NCBI GenBank assembly: GCA_963789265.1
Contig: CAWBKB010000003.1
Location: 384,001-448,000, forward strand
Reading direction: 5' to 3'
Source: an uncultured delta proteobacterium
GTDB taxonomy: Bacteria; Desulfobacterota; Desulfomonilia; Desulfomonilales; Desulfomonilaceae
Length of the DNA: 64,000 bases
This document shows, piece after piece, positions 52,198-61,474 of this stretch (within the stretch, counting starts at the first letter, position 1; every line of letters starts with the position of its first letter). Under the pieces are notes generated by a model. The model worked only from the letters and a program-made list of their open reading frames with translations. It was not told where the DNA came from and searched no databases. The position numbers and the translations under genes were made by a program.

Positions 52198-53253
52198 TTA
52201 CTCATGCGAAATCACGTTCGCCATAACCGCGTCATGAAGCGCCGGCCTGAATTGCTTGATTCGGAAATCCGCCTCCCCCATGAAGACGCGGTTGGTGAGA
52301 AGGACTAGTATCAATTCGCGCGGTACATCGATCCAGAGTGAGACGCCGGTAAAGCCGGTATGACCCACACTATCTCCGGAAAAGAGGCGGCCGCTTGACG
52401 ATCCCTCACCGGAAGGGGTATCAAAGCCCAGCGTACGTGAGGATTCCCGGCTAAACTCTGCACGCGAACAGAATTCTTGCAAGGTCTCTTTGTCAAGGAG
52501 TTTGCCGCTCCCCTTCAAACTCGAAAGAATCTCGCCTGCGAGCGCGGCCACCCCCTTGGCGGTTCCAAACAGTCCGGCATGGCCGGAGACCCCTCCGAGA
52601 GCCCTCGCGTTAAGATCGTTTACAAGACCCGGAGATTCTCCCACACGAGTCATTGCAATTCTGTCATTATTCTCAGGGCAAAACAGCAGTTCTTCGGCCA
52701 GACCGAGCGGTTCGTATATCCTCTCTCTCGAAAACTGTTCCAATTTCTTGCCGGTTTCCCTTTCAACGATGAATCCCAAGAGCATGAACCCGAGGTCCGA
52801 ATAGAGACAGCCACTACCCGGAGAATATTCCAGGGGTTCCGTCAGGATCCTGGCCGCGGTGTGGTCGGCGGTGCGGCGGTGTGCAGGCAGCAGATAGTAG
52901 GGCCTCCAGGCAGGCAGCCCCGATGCGTGGGCCAAGAGATGCCTTGGCGTAATCGAGCGCTTGTCCGGGGGCACATGAGGAAACCATCTGCCGATACCCA
53001 GATCTAGAAGGCCGGGGTTTCCGGCGGCCATGAGAATCCAGCTCGGAGTCACCGCTAGAACCTTGGTCAGAGAGGCGAGGTCAAAAAGAGTTTCGGGCTC
53101 TGTAGGGGATGTTCCCTGCTGCCCCAGAACCCCATAAGCTTGATGAAAAAGGACGTTCCAGCCCTTTGCCACAAGCAGGACCGCCGCCGTGAACATCTCT
53201 TCATGTAGAGCCCGCCTCATCTTCATGTCTGCACTGGAAAAACGCATCTGCAA
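52198..53253 (-). CDS. Serine hydrolase, beta-lactamase class C / AmpC-like family
   Basis: FDLASLTK (SxxK), YSDLGF, GHAGLFGTA, GHTGFTG, LTNR. Confidence 0.92.
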   Translation of the reverse strand: MQMRFSSADMKMRRALHEEMFTAAVLLVAKGWNVLFHQAYGVLGQQGTSPTEPETLFDLASLTKVLAVTPSWILMAAGNPGLLDLGIGRWFPHVPPDKRSITPRHLLAHASGLPAWRPYYLLPAHRRTADHTAARILTEPLEYSPGSGCLYSDLGFMLLGFIVERETGKKLEQFSRERIYEPLGLAEELLFCPENNDRIAMTRVGESPGLVNDLNARALGGVSGHAGLFGTAKGVAALAGEILSSLKGSGKLLDKETLQEFCSRAEFSRESSRTLGFDTPSGEGSSSGRLFSGDSVGHTGFTGVSLWIDVPRELILVLLTNRVFMGEADFRIKQFRPALHDAVMANVISHE

Positions 53254-53309
53254 CTCTTATGGGGCGGGGGCTAAGATTTGGAAAAGTCGTAGCCGGTAAT
53301 CAAGTGAAT

Positions 53310-54440
53310 TTATCGCAAGGCGCGGTCGTGGAATACCAGAAGTTCTAATGCGCCGGGTCCCTGGTTGAAAATGTAGTCGTGGGGGCCGGTAAGCTTGAGA
53401 TATCGATGTGGTATCGAGAATTCGCTCAGAAGTTCATGCATTTTCTCTACTGAAGAAGCCATAGGATCGTGATCGCTGGTCACCAACTGAATGGATCGCT
53501 TTCTGAGTATCTCATGATGCCTTTTGACGAAGTGTCGGTAGATATCGAAGTACGGCCCGAATGCACCTTGAATTGCCCCGATGCTGTAGAAGACTTCAGG
53601 ATACTTGAGGCCGTAATACATGGATCGAGATCCCCCCATCGAGACACCATCAACTCCGATCCGATTGCCGGCCACGCGGTAGCGGCTTTTGAGGACCGGG
53701 ACCAGTTCATTCATGATGTATTCTTCATAGTCGGGGTACTCAAGGCCAACCTGTGGAGATAAGAGAGGCGAAGAGGGACAGGCGACTATAATGCCCTCAT
53801 ACGGGCGCTGCTTAAGCCTTCGGTTAAAATCGTTCAAACGACGAGGTGTGATAAGTCCACGAAAGTCGGCGGGAGTGAGTCGGTTATTGGCCAGGGCCTG
53901 AACCGCTTCATCGGTCTTGTAATAAAAGAGCCACGCGAGGGCCCCTTCTCGCGGCGACCTGGCGCATTCGCCCGCGCCGCCGAAAGCGATTACGAGGGGG
54001 TATTTTCTTGCAGTATTCTTTTCATAATCTAGAGGAAGACTCACAACCACAGTGCCCTCAGGGTATTTTTTGGAAGGGACCGTGATGTATTCGGCGGGGA
54101 TTTTATACCCCGGCAGTTTCTCGCAAATCAGTTTCTGGGCTGGCTTTGGATGCGGAAGAGATGCGACGGCGCGGCCCGAATCCGGCCCGCGCATGCCTTC
54201 GTTTTCGCGGTTATTACGAGTCTCGGGTTTTTGCTGAGAGTACTTCGTTGGACCGCGAAGGGTCTGCACGCCACTTTCTTTGATTCCTGCTCCTTTGCTT
54301 CCGTTGGTCTTGTTTAGCATAGGCCCCACAGGAAACGACTTGTTGTCTTGAGACTTTGAGCATGCCACGAGGGCGCAGGTCGTAAGGAGCACCAACAAGA
54401 GGTGCGTCAAACGCACTCTATCGGTAATTTGGTTGAACAT
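53310..54440 (-). CDS. Lipoprotein alpha/beta-hydrolase (putative esterase family)
   Basis: Lipobox LVAC; LPLDY..KYP; GVSMGG nucleophile elbow; GPHDY. Confidence 0.85.
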   Translation of the reverse strand: MFNQITDRVRLTHLLLVLLTTCALVACSKSQDNKSFPVGPMLNKTNGSKGAGIKESGVQTLRGPTKYSQQKPETRNNRENEGMRGPDSGRAVASLPHPKPAQKLICEKLPGYKIPAEYITVPSKKYPEGTVVVSLPLDYEKNTARKYPLVIAFGGAGECARSPREGALAWLFYYKTDEAVQALANNRLTPADFRGLITPRRLNDFNRRLKQRPYEGIIVACPSSPLLSPQVGLEYPDYEEYIMNELVPVLKSRYRVAGNRIGVDGVSMGGSRSMYYGLKYPEVFYSIGAIQGAFGPYFDIYRHFVKRHHEILRKRSIQLVTSDHDPMASSVEKMHELLSEFSIPHRYLKLTGPHDYIFNQGPGALELLVFHDRALR

Positions 54441-54514
54441 AGTGGGTGTTTCCCCAATGTTGGCAAGAGACAACGGAAAGCTCGCTCTGCCGGGCATGCA
54501 AAAGTGCCTCACTC

Positions 54515-55633
54515 TTACCAGAGGCCCGGAAGAGACCCCGTATGCCTACGAGCGGTGGTCGGATTCTCCAGGACTCGCGCAGAACCTGCCTTCGGCGGTT
54601 CGCCTGCCACTTGCTCTCGTGGTGGATATCTATTTATGCCCAGGGCAAGGAGATTCCGCTTGAACTGCTCGGAGAACCAGTATAGCGATTGATGCCCGTT
54701 CGGATATCGGTATGCGCAGTACCCGTGACCGCAGCTTTGAAAAACATGTACGTCCACGGGGAAGCCGGCAGCCTTCATGTCCTGCACCAACTCATATACT
54801 CTTCCCCCGTTGCTGTAAGAGTTGCAACCCTCTTTAACATTAGTGTTGAGGTTGTAAGAGATCCCGCCTGCTCTTCGTATTCTCGCCACATTGCTCCGCC
54901 ACACCTCGTCTACCATGGGATAGCTTCCCAAATCAGTCTGCTGACCTCCGGCATAAGCAAAAATATCGGGTCGCCTTGCGGAAATCATTATAGCTTGGGC
55001 AGCGCCGGCGCAGGCCCCGTCAATCCCTCTGAAAAGGCGATTGGGAACTGTTCGATAGTGGGAATCTATATACGGAATAACCTCACCGATTAGATATTTT
55101 TCGTATTGGGCGGTATTCGATCCTCCGGGATTCCAAACGGAAACTACTATCAGTTCCTCGTAGGGGTCTTCTTTGAGCCATTGGTTAAATTCCCGAAGTT
55201 CTCGGTCCGAGATATTATCCTGGAAATTGGCTTTTGCGAGGTGGCCCGACTTGAGGTCGTCCATTGTCAAGGGAGTCTTGCACCAGACCGACCAGTACGT
55301 TGCCCCCCCCAGTTCGGGGCCGTTGTCCCAGCCGGATTTTCCACCCAGCATATAAACCACTCCATACCGATGTTGGGTGTCTTTCGCGTAGTTCTCGGGC
55401 AGCATCACATGAACCGGAAATGGTCCTGCAACCTCTTTTCCTCCCTTGGCCCTCGCGCTTTTATATATATCAGAATGAATACGAACCACTTCAATGTAGT
55501 GTTTAGTGCGGAGGAATTTCGTGCGCGCTTCGATCTGAGACCATGGTTCTTCGACAGCTCCCAAAACCGGGATTGCGAAGACCACCAGGAAAATTGTGAC
55601 GGCCAGAGTATATCGTGAGATCAATTTGTTCAT
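54515..55633 (-). CDS. Exported alpha/beta-hydrolase-fold protein with GACAG elbow
   Basis: AGGAGG RBS; signal peptide; LPENY..RYGVVY; EVIPYIDSHYRT; RGIDGACAG; CGHGY. Confidence 0.82.
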   Translation of the reverse strand: MNKLISRYTLAVTIFLVVFAIPVLGAVEEPWSQIEARTKFLRTKHYIEVVRIHSDIYKSARAKGGKEVAGPFPVHVMLPENYAKDTQHRYGVVYMLGGKSGWDNGPELGGATYWSVWCKTPLTMDDLKSGHLAKANFQDNISDRELREFNQWLKEDPYEELIVVSVWNPGGSNTAQYEKYLIGEVIPYIDSHYRTVPNRLFRGIDGACAGAAQAIMISARRPDIFAYAGGQQTDLGSYPMVDEVWRSNVARIRRAGGISYNLNTNVKEGCNSYSNGGRVYELVQDMKAAGFPVDVHVFQSCGHGYCAYRYPNGHQSLYWFSEQFKRNLLALGINRYPPREQVAGEPPKAGSARVLENPTTARRHTGSLPGLW

Positions 55634-55731
55634 GATGTCCTCCTGGCGCCCTAAGAGCAAGACCGTCGAGCTGCACTGCCTTGCCGTTCATTGAGAACGA
55701 TTTCAAATTCAACTTCGGCTGTTACAGTACG

Positions 55732-57558
55732 TCATCTGACGGTTATCTCATAAACCTGAACCGGGAAGCCCTGCTGGTCCGCGACGTTAGATGCCTCTGG
55801 ATCCATCAGGACTACGCTGCTGTTCACATTCACTCCACGTAGAGCGCATCGAACGTAGAGCGGGTAAGTCCCGGGACGGCCGGCTCGGACTTGAACATTG
55901 AGGTCATATACCTGAGATTCAGGCCACAGGTCGATCCAACGTTCGGCCATAGGGACTTTTGTTCGAATTTTGTCGGAAGTGACAGACAGCACCGTGCTTC
56001 CCGGGCCGTAAACGCGGCCAGGTTTTGCCGACACGAGTCTTAATCCTGAAGATCCGGGGGTCGAGACTGTGATGCCGCCATAATCCGACTCGGCCCCTTG
56101 ATTCTGGGCTTCCACCCTGACGGTAAAAACTTGACCGGCCTCGACTGTTGAAGGAACCCTCACAGTGATGACCTTGGGCCTGGCCTCTCGCGGCACGGAC
56201 ACTTCGAAGAGGTCAGAGCACCACTTAGCCCCGTCTACCCTGACATCTGCCAAGTATTTTCCCGTCTCGACAGACTGCGATGAGGTCCGGCCGAAGTCCC
56301 TCGGATACATTACCGACAACTCCGAATCCGCGGATACTTGTCCTTTGTACTGAATATTGCCGTCAGGCGTTCGCAGCGAGATTTGGATTTCCCTTGGAAG
56401 GTTGCCCACATTGCTAAACCAAAACTTGAGGCTATTCTTGGTCTGATTTGCGAAGCGCGGTACCTGGGTGACCAGTTCCGGGAAAGACTTGAAAACTCTA
56501 CCGGACAAATGGTTTATCACCAGATCGGGGCCATTCTGGGGACTTGCAGTCACGGTTGGCGGGCTTTGAATCGCAACCTGCTTCCCCGACGACGAAGTCC
56601 CGGGCGCCGGACCAGCGTTCTGCGGTTGACGTGCGCCCTGGGAATCCAATCGCACTTTATCTTGACTGGCGGTCGTAGCACTCTTTTGTCCTCCAGCCTG
56701 CTGTTCCGCAGAGGGCAACGCGTTGTTGGAGGCTGTCTCCAGAGCCGGCCCTAACTTAGGGAGCACTGTCTCGACTATCAGTATCTTTTTGTGATTGCTC
56801 CTGGAACCCCCGAATTCAGACATGAAGCGAGGCATTCCTTGAGGTGTAGCAATATTGATCCGGTGAACATGGCTCCTGCGGGTGGCATGGTAAAGCCATA
56901 CTCCGCCTTTGCCGTCCGGTAGCATTAGCACCACGTGATAGTGGAGGACACGGTACCCGCGCTCGGGCGCTTGCCGACTAATGCTCCCCAGATATATTCG
57001 GCCGAATTGCATCCGAGGCAAAATTTTTCGCCATGCCGCGGAATCGTGAAGATCAAATCCCCGCAAACTCGTCCCATCGGCGCCTTCAATGGGATAATTG
57101 CCGGGTTCCGGCATTATAACCGTACGAGGCCTTCCTTCCGTCAGGTTCAAGATCAGATTCCAACCGAAGTCCCAGTCCTTGCCTAGTGGAGAATCCGGAC
57201 CGCTGTTCCCTAACCGATCCCGGGTAACTTCCTTCAGGCTCCAATTCTTGTCGAATAAGAAACGACAGACTGAAACCACTAAACCGCTGCAGTTAAGCCC
57301 AGGCGTTTCAAAAAACCGGTCCGGCCGGTTAAAAGTGGTGAAATGACCTTGACTGTCGAGAACTCCGTCATCCCGATAACTAATGCCCAGGTGCGTGTTC
57401 GCTATTTCTATGGGGTCGGTCTTGGATGCAATACCACGATCCCACAGACACTCCGGCGCAAAAATCTGGTCCGCTGCTACCGGCCCCGCGCTCAATAATG
57501 CCAAACAGATGAGCCACGTGATCAGGGTATTCAGATTATTTCGGGTAATTTTCACCAA
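55732..57558 (-). CDS. Exported multidomain protein: NlpC/P60-like N-domain, low-complexity linker, beta-sandwich C-domains
   Basis: Signal peptide; GISYR..GLNCSGLV..HYHVVL..LYHAT; C-terminal TVEAGQVFTVRVEAQNQG. Confidence 0.7.
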   Translation of the reverse strand: MVKITRNNLNTLITWLICLALLSAGPVAADQIFAPECLWDRGIASKTDPIEIANTHLGISYRDDGVLDSQGHFTTFNRPDRFFETPGLNCSGLVVSVCRFLFDKNWSLKEVTRDRLGNSGPDSPLGKDWDFGWNLILNLTEGRPRTVIMPEPGNYPIEGADGTSLRGFDLHDSAAWRKILPRMQFGRIYLGSISRQAPERGYRVLHYHVVLMLPDGKGGVWLYHATRRSHVHRINIATPQGMPRFMSEFGGSRSNHKKILIVETVLPKLGPALETASNNALPSAEQQAGGQKSATTASQDKVRLDSQGARQPQNAGPAPGTSSSGKQVAIQSPPTVTASPQNGPDLVINHLSGRVFKSFPELVTQVPRFANQTKNSLKFWFSNVGNLPREIQISLRTPDGNIQYKGQVSADSELSVMYPRDFGRTSSQSVETGKYLADVRVDGAKWCSDLFEVSVPREARPKVITVRVPSTVEAGQVFTVRVEAQNQGAESDYGGITVSTPGSSGLRLVSAKPGRVYGPGSTVLSVTSDKIRTKVPMAERWIDLWPESQVYDLNVQVRAGRPGTYPLYVRCALRGVNVNSSVVLMDPEASNVADQQGFPVQVYEITVR

Positions 57559-57655
57559 GCCTCCGGACTTAGACTTATTTTAGGTATATACCAAGTATTC
57601 CGAGTAAGCGCAAGAGGGCGTTTTTGAGGAAATTGGCCCGAATGCTCCAATAAGG

Positions 57656-58135
57656 TCACCTCACAGAAAAAGTCAATCGTCGGACCAACTTACGGTCGAG
57701 GTAAAGTGCTACCTTCCAGAGTCCCGGTTTGTGGTCGTAAAGATCCTTAATGGAGATGGTGTGAACTCTGGTGGTTCCGGTGGTTTTTCTTTCATCGCCT
57801 TTTTTGGTCTCTCGTTGCAAATCATAGGTCGTTCTTATCTTGCGAAATTCCTGCCCGTCGGGGTCGTACCATATACTTTCAGCAACGTACGTATTGGGCT
57901 CATTTTTAGGGATAAAGAAAAGATTTATGCTTTCATTCATGTTGTGGTCGAAAGATTCTTTGGGGTGGTATGCGGAACCTGCTGTCAAAAACATATCTTT
58001 AACAAGGTAATATTGCTCATCCGCGGCAGCTCTTTCGATCCCCTTCCATCTTCCCAGATTGAACATTCCACAGCCTGTGAAGACGAGAGCAATGGTCGCC
58101 AATGCCAGCAAACGAAACCGTCGATTCACCGACAT
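57656..58135 (-). CDS. Lipoprotein of unknown function (alternative start 58207)
   Basis: Lipobox FTGC; WYDPDG..PGLWKVALY Ig-like pattern. Confidence 0.7.
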   Translation of the reverse strand: MSVNRRFRLLALATIALVFTGCGMFNLGRWKGIERAAADEQYYLVKDMFLTAGSAYHPKESFDHNMNESINLFFIPKNEPNTYVAESIWYDPDGQEFRKIRTTYDLQRETKKGDERKTTGTTRVHTISIKDLYDHKPGLWKVALYLDRKLVRRLTFSVR

Positions 58136-58203
58136 GAGCCGCCAACCGTTCGGCTCGACTCCTATTTCCCGAACTTCACCGGCGTCCACATCCCGGATTC
58201 CAA

Positions 58204-58659
58204 TCATGAAGCCCTCACGAGAGCTATTTCGTCGCATTCCGGAAATTTTGTGCATCGTATGCAATCGGCCCATATCTTGTGCGGAAGTAGGCCCTTGTCC
58301 ATCACTGCAAAACCCAGCCTCTGGAACAGCTCCGGCCTGTAGGTAAGGACAAACACCTTCTTCACCCCCATCTCTCTGGACTCGTTCAGAAGCGCTTCGA
58401 TAAGCGCAGTGCCGATGCCCTGTCCTTGCCGCTCGGACTGCACGGCCAGTGACCGTATTTCCGCGAGGTCCTCCCACACGATCTGAAGAGCGCCGCAGCC
58501 GACTATCTCTCCTGAGCGCTGGTCTTCGCTTACCATGAAATCCTTCACTTGGGAATAAAGTTCGCTGAGGGCTCTGGCCAGGATATGTCCCGATTGAGCC
58601 TGTTCGGCTATAAGACGGTGCATGAGTTTCACATCGCGCAATGTGGCCCTACGGATCAC
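58204..58659 (-). CDS. GNAT N-acetyltransferase, short ArgA (amino-acid N-acetyltransferase) type
   Basis: EDLAEIRSLAV, QGQGIG, VFVLTY, LPHKIWADCIRCTKFPECDE. Confidence 0.85.
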   Translation of the reverse strand: MIRRATLRDVKLMHRLIAEQAQSGHILARALSELYSQVKDFMVSEDQRSGEIVGCGALQIVWEDLAEIRSLAVQSERQGQGIGTALIEALLNESREMGVKKVFVLTYRPELFQRLGFAVMDKGLLPHKIWADCIRCTKFPECDEIALVRAS

Positions 58660-60335
58660 CCTGAAGCCTCCGCAGAGCCCACTTCCATTAAACGCTGAAC
58701 ATGCTCTCTAACCGATGCTGAATCCGGGCTGGCGCCCAACATACGGGCTAGTTCCACGATGCGGGCGTCTCGATCCAGCGCGGTTACGCCTACGTGAGTG
58801 CGGCCGTCCTGCTCATACTTATGAACAGATAGATGATGGTCGGCGAGAGCCGCGATCTGATGCAGATGGGTGACGCAAAGCACCTGCTGACGCTGGGCTA
58901 CTCGGGCTAACCTTGTCCCAACTGCAAAGGCGGTATGGCCGCCAATTCCCGAGTCTACCTCATCGAAGATCACCGTGGAGGAGCCGCGGCCGTCAACCTG
59001 AAGAGCTTTCACTGCCAGCATAATTCTTGAGAGTTCTCCTCCCGAAGCAACGCGACTTAAAGGCCGCGGCGCCTCACCGGGATTGGATGCCAGGAAGAAT
59101 TCCACTTTTTCCAGGCCGCCGGGCGATCCTTTATCTTCTTGAAGTTCCCGGAAAGACACCTCAAAAAGCGCGTTGGGCATGGCCAGATCTTTTAGTTCCT
59201 TTTTCATCGCTGCTTGAAGCTCTCCGGCTGCCCGCCTCCTGGCAAACGAAAGATCCCGAGCAGCGTGGAGGTACTTTTCCCGGTATTCGGCGACCCTGCC
59301 CGTTAATTTCTTAGCCTCCGCCCGTGCCTCCAGGATGTCTCCCGACTCCTCGGATAAAGTATCAAGCAGATGAATCAGGCCCGATAGGTCTTCACCGTAC
59401 TTTCTCTTGAGACGTCTCACCAGAGCCAGCCGTTCCTCGATCTGTTCGAGGCGCTTGGGATCGCTGTGGCTCATTTCAGCGACACTTCTCAGTTCGAGAG
59501 CAACGTCTTCGATGCGGTAAACAGCCTCTTCAAAACTTGCTCGCAGCTCGGCCAACTTGGGATTGGTTGAAGCAAGAAATTCCAGCGATCTCTTTACTTC
59601 GGCAAAGCCTTCCATCAGACTGCCACTTCTTGAATAAAGGGCCTGGTGCGCTTCAAAGGCCTTCTCACGAATTTGGACCGCCTTTTTCAGCACTTCTCGC
59701 TCCTGAACGAGTTCGTCCTCTTCTCCTTCCCTTAAAGAGGCGGCAGACAGTTCTTCGATTGCGGCAGCGTTTTCGCGTCCGCGACGTTCCAGTCCTTCTC
59801 TCCTTTTCTCAGTCTCGGACATCTCCTTTATTGTTTTTGTCCACCGGGCAAAGATTCCTGCCGTCTCGCGCTTAGCCCCTTCTAATTCCCCGAATCGGTC
59901 CAGGATCTCCACATGTTCTTCAGGGTCAAGCAGAACCTGGTGCTCATGTTGGCCGAAGATGCTTATGAGAGACCGGCCTATTTTTTGGAGCATCGCCACA
60001 CTTGCGAGATCGCCGTTTATAAAACACCTGGACTTGCCTGTACGTGAAACTCTTCTCGAAAGGATGAGCTCTTCCGACTGAGACAAGCCGCTTCCAAGCT
60101 CGATAGGCAATGTCATCCCTTCGGGAATTTCAAACAGCCCTTCAACCTGAGCCTCTTCTTCGCCGGTACGGATGATGTCGGATGAACTGCGAGACCCAAG
60201 AAGAAGATTCAGCGCGCCAATGAGAATCGACTTGCCCGCGCCTGTCTCGCCGGTGAGTACATTGAATCCTTCGCGGAATTCAACCTCGACTTTGTCAATT
60301 ATTGCGAGGCCTGATATTTTGAGATACTTCAGCAT
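58656..60335 (-). CDS. recN: DNA repair protein RecN
   Basis: LTGETGAGKS, IFGQHEHQ, ASGGELSR, FDEVDSGIGG, VTHLHQIAA. Confidence 0.96.
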   Translation of the reverse strand: MLKYLKISGLAIIDKVEVEFREGFNVLTGETGAGKSILIGALNLLLGSRSSSDIIRTGEEEAQVEGLFEIPEGMTLPIELGSGLSQSEELILSRRVSRTGKSRCFINGDLASVAMLQKIGRSLISIFGQHEHQVLLDPEEHVEILDRFGELEGAKRETAGIFARWTKTIKEMSETEKRREGLERRGRENAAAIEELSAASLREGEEDELVQEREVLKKAVQIREKAFEAHQALYSRSGSLMEGFAEVKRSLEFLASTNPKLAELRASFEEAVYRIEDVALELRSVAEMSHSDPKRLEQIEERLALVRRLKRKYGEDLSGLIHLLDTLSEESGDILEARAEAKKLTGRVAEYREKYLHAARDLSFARRRAAGELQAAMKKELKDLAMPNALFEVSFRELQEDKGSPGGLEKVEFFLASNPGEAPRPLSRVASGGELSRIMLAVKALQVDGRGSSTVIFDEVDSGIGGHTAFAVGTRLARVAQRQQVLCVTHLHQIAALADHHLSVHKYEQDGRTHVGVTALDRDARIVELARMLGASPDSASVREHVQRLMEVGSAEASG

Positions 60336-60497
60336 CGAAGTCGTTTGACCACCGAGGTCGCATAGCAACTTAGTACACGACCAAGCGTTAGGATATGACG
60401 CTCAGACCGAATTTTCAAGTGAAGCACGCTGTTAATCGTGATGCATTAATCCAATCGGGCAAGCGCGGCGTGAAACGCCCAAAATCCGGGCAGTCGG

Positions 60498-61331
60498 TCA
60501 TATCAAGTCCAGCTTCTCCTTTAAAACATCGAAATAGTCCCTGGCCGTGGATTTGACCATAATAAATGGGAAGGGCGCCCGAGCTATTCGAATATATTGC
60601 CCCTCTTCCAGAGCCACCGACGTGTGTCCGTCGAGGGTCAGAGTCAAATCCTTTCCTTTCTTCATGACTAGTTCCGTCTCAAGGTGAGGAGGAATCAATA
60701 GGGGCCTCTTGAGGCCCGCGTACGGACATATAGGGGTAAGTAGAATCCCCTCGATTTCGGGATGCACCAGCGGACCGTTGGCCGCGTACGAGTATGCGCT
60801 GGATCCGACAGGAGTGGATACAATGAGGCCGTCTGCTCGAAGCTCGATTTCCCGGGCGTGGCCCATTCTGACTCCCAGGTCGATCAGGCGAGCGATCCCT
60901 CCCCAATGGATTACCACATCGTTAAGGACTCTCTTAGTCTTTCCGTCAGGGAGAGTGATCTGCAGGAGCATTCTTTTCACAAACTCGGCCGTGCCTGCCA
61001 TTACTGATTCTAGTTCTGCAATCGCTTCTGCAGGAGACACTTCTGCCATAAACCCTACGCGTCCCAGATTTATGCCGAGAACAGGCATGGATTTGGAATT
61101 GAGCAGCGCAGCGGCCCTGAGAATAGTGCCGTCCCCTCCGAGGACAACCAGAAGGTCTACTTCGTCTGTAAGCCTGTCGCTGGCTTTTGCATTCCACTTA
61201 TCAGCCAACTCGCCACAAGAGAGTTCGAGCAGGACTTCCTTTCCGGACTTCTGTAAGAAGCTGACAATTTTTTCACCAAGCAGGAGCGCCCTATCTTCCG
61301 AGCGCTTCAGAACCAACCCTATACGTTGCAT
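60498..61331 (-). CDS. nadK: NAD kinase
   Basis: LGGDGTIL, GINLGRVGF, LNDVV, DGLIVSTPVGSSAYSYAANGP. Confidence 0.95.
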   Translation of the reverse strand: MQRIGLVLKRSEDRALLLGEKIVSFLQKSGKEVLLELSCGELADKWNAKASDRLTDEVDLLVVLGGDGTILRAAALLNSKSMPVLGINLGRVGFMAEVSPAEAIAELESVMAGTAEFVKRMLLQITLPDGKTKRVLNDVVIHWGGIARLIDLGVRMGHAREIELRADGLIVSTPVGSSAYSYAANGPLVHPEIEGILLTPICPYAGLKRPLLIPPHLETELVMKKGKDLTLTLDGHTSVALEEGQYIRIARAPFPFIMVKSTARDYFDVLKEKLDLI

Positions 61332-61474
61332 TCAATCCTCGATAATTCGATCAGGGTGAGATTGCCGCATTAAGTACCACGAACCCAGGTGAAAATCCAG
61401 GGAAATGGGCCGGCAGGCCGAAAATGAACCGAATGTCCCTTGCTCGGGGGCTCGGATTGAGATACTTTTAGCCT

